Positions 8,926-19,400 of a stretch of DNA of 64,000 nt are shown piece after piece; position 1 is the stretch's first letter; each line of letters starts with the position of its first letter. Origin of the DNA: a virus; IMG/VR virus record IMGVR_UViG_3300025117_000031, positions 89,921 to 153,920 of that record; one strand, given 5' to 3'. Made by a program: the position numbers and the translations under genes. The notes under the pieces were generated by a model that saw only the letters and a list, made by a program, of their open reading frames with translations, searched no databases and had not been told where the DNA came from.

Positions 8926-10340
8926 TGATTAAAAGATATGTTGCGGACAAAGACACTTCTATAACAAATGCTTATGAAGAAGACCTTTCTACTAGGGCTA
9001 CCACCTGCAATATGGGTGGTTCTGATGTTTTAGAGGTATTTAGCGCTTTTGGAAGGGTAAATACATCTTCTGTTGAGAAGATGAGAATTTTAATAAACTT
9101 CCCCATATCGACTTTATATTCTGATATCGTTGCTGGTACAGTACCAGACTCTGGAGTAAGCTATTATTTACGTCTTTTTGATGTAGCACATCAGGAAACG
9201 ACTCCAGAGACATTTACACTAGACGTGCAGCAAGTTTCTAGAAGTTGGGATGAAGGCCACGGAATGGATATGGAGGGGTTTTTATATGATGGAGATGGCG
9301 CTTCGTGGTCTTCTGCTAGTAACGCACAGACTGCATGGACAACTGCAGGAGGAGATTTTGTAGGGACCGCACTAACGGCTAGTTTTACTTCTTCTGCGGA
9401 CAATCTAGAACTGGATATTAGCTCTTTTGTTAGTAGTTGGATTACCTATGAGGCTTCCGGAACAGGACAGAGAAACTATGGTCTTGTAATAAAACTTTCT
9501 GGTAGTATGGAGGATTGTTTAGCCTCTTCTTCATACTATACAAAGAGATTTTCTGCAAGAACATCAGAATATTATTACAGCCAACCGATAATTGAAGCTA
9601 GGTTTAACGATTCCAAGACGGATGACCGTGGTAATTTTTATGCGAAGAGCAATTTAGTTTCTGACAATTCAAATAAGCTTTATTTTTACAATCGTCCTAG
9701 ATATGTTTGGTCAAATGTTCCCAATACACCAATGGTGGTTAGGTTTTTTGACTCTTCGGCAGGTACGGGCTCAATAACACCAGTTGAAGGGACTCCCATT
9801 ACTGCTACTTTAGAGAGTACCGGGAAATATTACATAACGGCTACAATTACTACGACAGAAGAGATTATTTACGACCGTTGGTATGACTCTTTAGGCAATT
9901 GTCTATGGACGGGCACAATAGACGTTCACACATTGTCGGCTTTCGATAGCTTGGAACAGACTGAATATGTTGGCAAGATAACAAATTTAAAATCTGAGTA
10001 TAAAAGAACAGAAACAAACGTAAGGTTTAACTTGTTTTTGAGGCTAAAAGACTGGACTCCAACAATCTATACGGCTGCGCAGTCTGCGGTTGAAAATACG
10101 ATTGTCGAAAAGGTCTATTACCAAGTACGCAGAACCATTGATGATTTAATTGTGCTTGATTATAACAAATCTTCTCAGAGCAGCGGCACTTTGATGTCCT
10201 ACGATAAAGAAGGTAATTATTTTTATCTAGACATGTCGATGTTTGAGAAAGATTATCAATATGAAATCGCGGTTGGGTACGAAATAGGCTCTGAATTTAG
10301 AGTTTTGCCACAAACTTTCAAATTCCGTATTGGAAAATAG
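8925..10340 (+). CDS. virion structural protein (baseplate/tail)
   Basis: 471 aa, coupled to the gp6-like gene, beta-rich, W...GGD motif. Confidence 0.6.
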   Translation: MIKRYVADKDTSITNAYEEDLSTRATTCNMGGSDVLEVFSAFGRVNTSSVEKMRILINFPISTLYSDIVAGTVPDSGVSYYLRLFDVAHQETTPETFTLDVQQVSRSWDEGHGMDMEGFLYDGDGASWSSASNAQTAWTTAGGDFVGTALTASFTSSADNLELDISSFVSSWITYEASGTGQRNYGLVIKLSGSMEDCLASSSYYTKRFSARTSEYYYSQPIIEARFNDSKTDDRGNFYAKSNLVSDNSNKLYFYNRPRYVWSNVPNTPMVVRFFDSSAGTGSITPVEGTPITATLESTGKYYITATITTTEEIIYDRWYDSLGNCLWTGTIDVHTLSAFDSLEQTEYVGKITNLKSEYKRTETNVRFNLFLRLKDWTPTIYTAAQSAVENTIVEKVYYQVRRTIDDLIVLDYNKSSQSSGTLMSYDKEGNYFYLDMSMFEKDYQYEIAVGYEIGSEFRVLPQTFKFRIGK

Positions 10341-10401
10341 AAAAAACCTGCAAGAACATATAATTACTATGGCATAATCCTTTTAAGGGAGTTTTACCTT
10401 T

Positions 10402-13400
10402 ATGGCAATTAAAGACCTTTTTTCTCGAAGTCAACTAAAAAACCTTAAGTTGACAAGTAAAAGCGAGATAGAGGATAAGCTTGAATCTACAAATTATCCT
10501 TCTGCGTACAATTATGATAAAAGTTTGTTTGTTCCACATGTCGATTTTGACGATTTGGCAAGTTGGTGTAAATATGGCAGTGCAGAGAGGTATTTTGCTG
10601 ATAGTTTTCTAAAAATTCAGGAGTTTTACCCCTTTGATGGCAGCAAAACTGAAAAACAAGAGTTTTTAAACAGTGGTTCTTTTGTAGATTCTTGGATTTT
10701 TGATAAAATCTATCCTAGAACTACAGGATATGCTAATTTTTCTTCTGATAATGTAATTACAATTACGTCTACTGGTGCTATTTCTTCGAAAACAATCAAC
10801 ATCGTTTCAAATCCTGAATATATTTATTTAAAAGGGGGTCCTAATCTTGGGGATGCAAATTCCTATCTAGGGGCGAATCTTTTTTCCGAGGATGACGAAA
10901 GAGCTTCGAATCTCAGGTTTGGTGGGAGTTCTGGGAATTATATAGAATTTTGGTTAAAAAGGGGAATTACTGGTAGCAATTCTGAAGTGGTCTTTAGTTT
11001 AAATGACTATTATTCTCAATATTTTACAATTTTATTGAACAACAGCGGCAGCAGTGCTTTTAGTATTGCTTCTGTTTGTTCTGGCTCGGCAAGTCAAAAC
11101 GTAATTGACCTGACAGGATATACGGCTGCGCAAGCATTTGATAATAACTGGCGACACTATGGGTTTAAGCTTTCTAATCATGCGACTGCAAATACATTTA
11201 CCATAGAATTTTTTGTTGGAGATGATTCTGTTTCTTCTACTACGGGATCTGGTAAGTTTATTGATTGTGTAAATTACGTACACGCTACCATTGGTGGTTT
11301 GATTGGGTCTGGTTCGTTTGCTACTGGTTCCGGAAAGCTTTCTGGTTCTTTGGATGAGTTCCGTTTTTGGAAATCTGCTAGAACAAACGAAGAAATTGGA
11401 CAGAATTGGTTTTCTACGGTAGACGGCGGGGCGAATACCGATGACGCTAGTACGGATATTGGAGTTTATTACAAATTTAACGAAGGAGTTTTTTCTTCTT
11501 CTAGTATACATGCGACAGATCGAATTGTTTTGGATTATTCTGGTCGCCTTTCTCATGGGGCTTGGTCTGGTTCCTTGTCCACGAGTAGAAGCACGGGTTC
11601 TGCTATTGACAGCTATTTCGGCAAAGAGACAGAATATAAAGAGCCTATTTTATATTCTACCAACCCTTATGTTGCTGCAAAAGCAGCGGAGATGGCGAAC
11701 TCTGGTTCTATACATGATGTTTCTAACAACTCTTGGGTTTATAACGATATTCCTGGGTGGATTTTAGAAGAAGATCAAGAACAAGAAGACTACTCTCTTA
11801 GAAATCTTACTCAGATAATAGGTAGTTATTTTGATCATCTATATCTGCAAGTTAATGCGGTTTCATCTTTGAATGATGTTCATTATTCCAACGATGATGA
11901 AAAACCATATCCATTTAATGACAAGAGACTGGAAAGTCTTGGAGTTAAGGTGCCGGATATTTTCATAGATTCTACTTTATTAGAATCTTTGATTGGTCGC
12001 AGCAACGAAGAAGATTTCGAAGAGAAGATTTATAACGTTAAGAACAGAATTTATGAAAACATCTATAACAATATTACAAATGTTCTCAAAAGTAAAGGAA
12101 CAGAGAAGTCGGTAAGAAATCTGATTAGATGTTTCGGTACAGATGAGGAAGTTGTTAAGTTAAATCTATATTCAGACAATACAGAATATTCTTTAAAAAA
12201 CAACACAACGGAAACAGCAAGAAAAGTAAATCTTCTTTCTCTTGACGATGCTGATAATTTTGGAGTATCCTTAATACAGGCAACCAGCAGCTTGACAGAC
12301 GACGATTTAGAATACATCACGGGCTCTACAGGGTTTAATTATATTCCATTTACTCTTGAAGCTGGCGTTGTGTTTCCGAAGAGAGCAGACGTAGACAGCG
12401 AGCTTTTTTATAGCGCCCCTTTTGTATCTTCTTCTTTGTTTGGTATTAAAAATTATAGTACGAACAACAGCATATTTAAAGTTTTATTTGTAAAGGAAGC
12501 AATCGACAGTAAGAACGGATATTGGCTTTTAACAAGTAGCGTCTTTTCTACACAACTTACCAGTTCTGTCTACAGTAATGTTTACGATAATGAATATTGG
12601 AGTTTTGGAGTCGGACTTTATCCAAATTCTCAAGATGCCTCGAATATAACTTCGACTACATATTGGCTAGATTTTTATGGTGTAAATTATTGCGGAGACA
12701 TAAAACAGAATAGTTTTAACGTGTCGGCAAGTATTAGTCAAGTGTTAGCAACGTCTTCTTTACAAACAAGCAGACGAATTTATGCCGGCGCAGCAAGAAC
12801 AAACTTTACTGGAAGTATAGAACAATACTCTGATGTAAAATTTGCCAACATAAGATATTTTCAAAAAAAGCTACAGACAGAAGAGATTGACGCTCACGCT
12901 AGGGATCCGTTTAATTATGGAGTTTTGAATCCTTCGAGAGAGATGGAAAAAGAAAGCAATCTCCAAGAATCCCAGGCTTTGGCATTAAATTGGGAGTTTG
13001 GAACGGGTAGTCTTTCGGCGCTTACCTATGGCGGGATTTCATACTACGGCATTAACGTAACAGATTATTCTTCTGGAAGCTATGTCTATCTTCATAATGG
13101 GAGTGTTGATAACGTTGTCGAAAGACATTATCCTGGTATTGCAATCTTTTTTACTTCTGGAACAACTCCGCAAGTTAGAGAACACATTTTAGCGGGTAGG
13201 CAACAGCTACCGGAATCTCTTTCAAGCGGGGATATGGTTAGTATTCTTTCAAATGATGATGAATATTTTACAAGAGATTCAAGACCTGTAAAGTATTTTT
13301 GGGCTTTGGAAAAGAGTATTTATCAAAACGTTTCCGAAGAGATATTAAAATTTTTTGCTGGAGTTGTAGACTTTAACAACCTCATTGGAGAGCCTGTTAA

Positions 13401-16400
13401 CAGATACAGAGAAGAATATAAGTCTTTAGCAAAGTTAAGAAAGATTTTCTTTGAGCGTATTGGGAATACTCCAAGCGTAGAAAAATATCTTAACTATTAC
13501 AAATGGATTGATTCTTCTATTGGCCAGATGGTGCAACAGTTAATCCCGGCAACTGCTGATTTTTCAGAGGAAATGAGAACGGTTGTTGAAAGCCACGTTC
13601 TGGAGAGAAACAAGTATCAAACTCCGTATCCGACAATGGAGTTTAAGACAGAAGAACCCGAAGCACACGCCTATGGTGTGAACGAACTTTTGTATAATTG
13701 GGGAGAAACCCATGCAAATCGTCCGCCGCTTTTTAATACAGTCTCAACACTTTATCCAGCTACAGAGAAAATGCCTTATGAGGCGGTTTATTTAACAAAA
13801 GGATACGTACCGGAAATTAGTGGCAGTGGAATCCACGGCTATTTATATCATAACACGACCTCAGACCTCGACAAGATAAAAAGAATTTATTTAAATGGTA
13901 ACAATTGGGTAACGGGGGCAACAGAAGAAACATTTTTAATGAGAGGATTTGTTTCACACGCAACGCAGAACATTTTTTTGGCGGTTTCTACGGCATCTTC
14001 AACGGGAGACGATATATATACGGCTGGGGCAACATATTATGTAAACTCTGGTTCTGGCTGGGTGAAAAGTCCCGAGACTTTTGGTTCTCAAAAGAAGAGC
14101 CCCCCAATTTACTTATCTACGATAGATGCGTTTGTGACAAAAACTTATAATGCAGCGACATCTTCTTTTTATACATCTTCGAATGGATATACTTGGGGAG
14201 AGGTTGTGGACTCTAGAGAATCTGGGCTTTCTCCTAACAATGCAGCTTATCTCCTTTTTCATCATGCTGGACTAAACAGACTTTATTTATTTGCAATAGC
14301 CACCGAAACTACAGTTGATGTAAGATATACTAATCCTGTTACGCTTGTCCCAGCGACGACATGCACTGGGCCAAGTAGTTTAGACCAGAATGCTGGTCTT
14401 CGTGCTGTTGATTACTTTAGTGATAATAAAATGGCTTTTGTTATGGACAAGGGCGCCCAGGATTGGGGAGCTAATTTTTATTTTTATACATCTTCACTAG
14501 ACGGCAATTCTTTCGGCTATGTTAATGAAACTGGATATATCCCGTACGGAATTGGGGTAAGGTTATTCTGGACTCTTGCGGCAAATAAAGATAGAAGTAA
14601 GATGCTTGTTTATGGGGTAAACCAGGGCACTACTTACGGATATACTAACATGGTATATTTAATGAGTAGAGAGAGTACCGATTTGACTCTTATTCGTTAT
14701 GACACATATAACTGTAGCGTAAACTCAGAATGGATTACTAATCCGTGGGCATTCGTGGATGAAAATGATATATTTTATATCTGTAATGCGTCTGGGTCTG
14801 CTGGTGCCGAAAGTGTACAGATAAGCTCTTCCGCTGATCAAGGACTGACCTGGGGTAATTCAACACATTCTGTAGTTACTGATTTAGATGGTACTGCTGA
14901 TATGTGGCGTTGGAAAAAGCAGAGAGCGGAAGGAGGCTTTTCTGAGATAGCTTCTGGGGACCCCAGCGTAAATTCGAATAAAACACAGTTGAAATATACT
15001 ATGTTTTCTAATGTTTCTGGTTCTACTTTTGCGAAGAGGCACTTTTCTGTTGTAACTGAACCGTCGAGCACCTATATTAAAACTTTAACTGGCTCTTTAA
15101 ACAGCTCTCCTTTTACCTCTATAGAAAATATAAAGGTAAGTTCCTCTACTCATCAGTTTTATACCGTCCCTTCGGGGTATAGTAGCAGCATTGCTACTGG
15201 ACATGAGCCAGATAGAAAGAATATTATTGGGAATTATTCTCACGACTATGAAATAGTTAATGTCTCTGGAAGATATAACCAAAGACCAGATATGGTAGCT
15301 TCTGGTGCACACAATGGGGGTTATTTTGTTTCTGATTTGGGAATGGTTCCGGCAGAGATATATACATCAGGGACGGTTGTTGACCATTATGACATAGTTA
15401 CAAGCAGTGTGGTTGCTGTTAGCAGCAGTGATTTTTCTTCTTGCGCATATCAAAACCTTAGTTATTATCCGGATGAATATGAAGGTCCAAACGGTGAAGT
15501 TAGTTCGAGTACGGGGTTTTCAGCGGATGGTGTAGCGCTTACAACACATGGAATGGCATATCCAGGAGATTTTTGGTTTAATAGCGGGAGTGTTTTGTGG
15601 GTAAGAATAATTGCTAGAACAGCCGACTCTTCTTCTTATCCATGGATTTATAGTTTTTATGATTATGGGGAAATTGCATGGGATATTCCTTATTGCTATT
15701 TCGATTTAACTTCTGGCTCTGGTGCGATTGGAAGTTCTTCTGTTGCTGTGGTCACAAGTTCGATTACGGAGCTTGGAAATGCTTTTTATGATTGTAGATA
15801 TGCTTTTACAGCGACGAGAAATGTTGGGTTAGCGGATTCTAATTATGTTAAAATTTATTACGCTCAAGCAAGTGAAGACTATTCTGTTACGGGCACAGCA
15901 TTAAGGCTTGACCAATTCATACTTCATAATGTTTCTGTTGATGTTTCAGGAAGTTCTTCGATACCAGTGTATTCTTCTTGGACGTCTTCTTACCTTTCTG
16001 GCGAAAGCCCTAACAACTTTGCTCCCTTTAAAGGAGTCGATAAGTATTGTTTTAGAACTCTATTTTCTTCTCCTGGGGAAAAGAAAACCTTAACCAAGAT
16101 TTGGTTAGATCCAGTTGCAGAAGAGCTTTCTACTCACAATGCGCAACCCTTTAGAAATCTTGAAGTAAGACAAGAATATGATACAAGCCTTCAGCTTCAC
16201 ATGGTTTCTGGGGGTCTTTCTACTACTGGAGTTGCGAATGTTCACAAGACGAACTGTAATCCGCTTAGAACGGTAGTTGTGAATCCGACAGAAATTCTGC
16301 AAGAGCGATACGATAACGGATTTGTTTCTCACCAAATTCCCAGAAGTATTTATGGATATTCGTGGATTTCTGGTTCGACAACGCAACCCACAACAGGTAG

Positions 16401-19400
16401 TATGGTGCTGGAGTTCCAAGAAGTTAGTGGAACGACTAATCTTGTAAATTGGGTTGGAACGGCTTCTTTAAACGTTAGGACAAAAGAAAACGAAATTAGT
16501 ACAACTACAAATACTTTAACTCATAATGCATCGTGGCAGACGGGTTCTTGGAGTCCTTATCAGTGGGCATCTTGGGAACAGATACGAGCAGGAGAGGGTC
16601 CTGTTGCAAGGGCTTTAAGAAAAGAAAACATCTATTCTGTTGAAGATCCTTCTAAAGAAAGAATTTTTGTTGACTCCCAGGGTAGAGAAAAACATTTTTT
16701 TGACAATAGGGCAGATTCTTTTACGAATTATTATGAGCCGGTTGTAACTTGGAATAAGCCAATAACTCATATTGTCGAAGATATAAATAAAAATATTGTG
16801 TCTTTTACATATCCATATAGAAACCTAAAGGAACATTTTGCGAATCAGAAACTTGCTAATAGATTGAACGTTGGGGAATGTTCTATACCAATCTATGAAA
16901 CTTGTTTGAATCTTTATAAGTTGGGTGAACATAAATTTGTTTCCATTTATTCGCCAGAGATCATTTATCCGAAGCATGAAAATGTCGGATTTGATATGAT
17001 TCATGCGAGAAACTATTACGATGACTCTACTTCTTCTGGAATTAAAGGAAGCGATAGAATTACTTTCTGGAAAGACACAGAGGACGACAGAACGCAGAGC
17101 AATTTTGTAAATTCTCTTGGGTTCAACATGGGGATTGGTTCTGTTTGGGCTCTGGAAGATGGTTCTGGAAGTTCTCCTTATGGCGAGCTTGCTTCTATGG
17201 GCGAGACAAGAACAAAAGATTTAATTGCTTATGGTAGAACGGGGATTCCGTCTCTTCAGTTCTGTTACGATGTGTATTTATCTGGTTCTACTCTAAAAGA
17301 AAGTGGAACAAACTATACTGCGAACTCAGAGTCTGGGATTAATCCGTTTTATAATTCTTATGACAAATATTCTGATGAAATTAGGCCAATGGGCGCAAGA
17401 TATACTATTTTACCAGAATTTAGAATCTCAGAGCACATGGGGTGGTATATTAATGAAGCTGGTGGGGATTTCAGAAAGAAAAACAGAGGTATTTTAACGG
17501 CAGTTGGTACTAATGTTTCTTCTAGTATGTATAATTCTTCTAGAACGACAGCAAATGAAGAGTTCTATAAGATTTATTCGCACTCAGATATGATGAAAGC
17601 ATTCAATGAGGTTTACGACGATCACAAGAAGCAAAAAGATAAAGTTCGCGAGTTCTCGATGACTTTCCGAGGGATAAAAAAACTACTTCCTTATAACGGT
17701 TTTTATCCTGTTCAGAGGTCTGTACAGCTTGGTAATTTACTTTCTCAATCGTATGCACCATATATTTCTTGGGACACAAACAAGTCAAATAAAGAGTCAG
17801 CAATTCAGAGCCTAATTCAGCCGTTTTATGCTCCCGGAATCTTCTACAATACAGTCAAATCTGGCATTGCTGTCGATTGGCCGATTATGACAGGTACGAC
17901 TGGAGATGAAGACGATTTTAGTGTGAACTACTATTCAGGAACGATTAAAAATTATTCTGGTTATCGGATGCCGTTTGAGTCGATTATTGATCCTTCTTAT
18001 GCTCTTCCTCTTTCGAGCAGCAATAACAGCAGCAGAGAAGGAAGAATGTATTTGCTGAGTCCGGATTATGAAGAAACTTTAGTTGCAAAGTTAGAGCAAG
18101 AGATTACAGGTACAGCGAGTTCTTTGTTTTCTTATGATATGAAACTAGATAGAGACAATTCGCAGTTTGTTGTTGGTACATTTAGAGATACTACAGATCC
18201 TACTGGAAGCGTACAGGTGTTCAATTACACTTCTGGTACTTGGACAAAACATTCCGATCTTATTCCTACGGGGACCATTGTGTCGGGAGATAAGTATGGT
18301 TCTGCTGTTGCAATTTACGGAGACGAGGCTTTTGTGGGTTCTTATGCTTCGGATATATCCGGGGAGACAGGGGCAGGACGTGTTTTGTATTTTAAGAAGC
18401 AGACCAACATCTGGCAGTGTGTTCAAGAAATAACAGCTTCTGATTTTACTGGTTCTGGTGTTTTTGGGAGAGCGCTAAGTTTTGATGGTACTACTTTGGC
18501 GGTAGGAGCAAACATATATGGTGGTGGGGATACTTTAGAGGGGAGGGCTTATATTTTACAAAGTGGGTCAAGTGGTTATGTAGAGGTAGCAGAGTTTTCT
18601 TCTTCTGTGGAGCCCGACGACGGGGCCTATGGCGGGAAAGTTTTAGTAAGTGGAACCTGGGCTTTTGTTTCGGAATATGGCGGTGCGGGTACACCAACAA
18701 TTGGGAAAATTTATATTTATAAAACCAACGGGGTAGACCCTTGGTCTTTGCTGCAAGCGATATCCGCCAGCGATGGGGGAGCAGATGATTATTTTGGCGT
18801 TTCTGTGGCAATTTCTGGAACAAAAACTTCGGTTGATGGGTATGGTAGCCAATTGGCGGTTGGAAGTTATTATACTTATGAAGATGGTCAGCAAGCGGGT
18901 TCTGTTTATCTTTATGAATTAGATTATTTAAGAGGGTGGATTGAAAAACAAAAAATCGTTTCTGGGGAATCTGGAACAGGTGATCTCTTCGGGGCTTCAG
19001 TAGATTTTTGTGACGGGTTAATGATTGTAGGGGCTACTGGGCTTGACGATGCGGCAAGCAATGCGGGGGGTGTTTATCTTTATGAAAAGGAAAATGGTTA
19101 TTATTATTTTCGGGAAAAAATTTCTGATGGGTTTGCTGCTAATGACGTTGTGGGCTCAAAGGTTGCTGTTTCAGGTAGCCAGCTTTTTGCTGGTGCACAT
19201 GGAGCGGACAAAATTTTTATTTATTCTGGGGAATATGTTGGTTCTGCATATCCATTTATTTCTTGGGATGGAGAAAATAAAACAGATTATAGTTTAGCTT
19301 CTAATAACTTTTTTGCTGAGTCTTCGAGGTTCTTCCTGAAAGACGAGAAATTTACATCTTTTGTTTCTAAAAAAGAGTCTGAATTTAAGACGATGCAGTC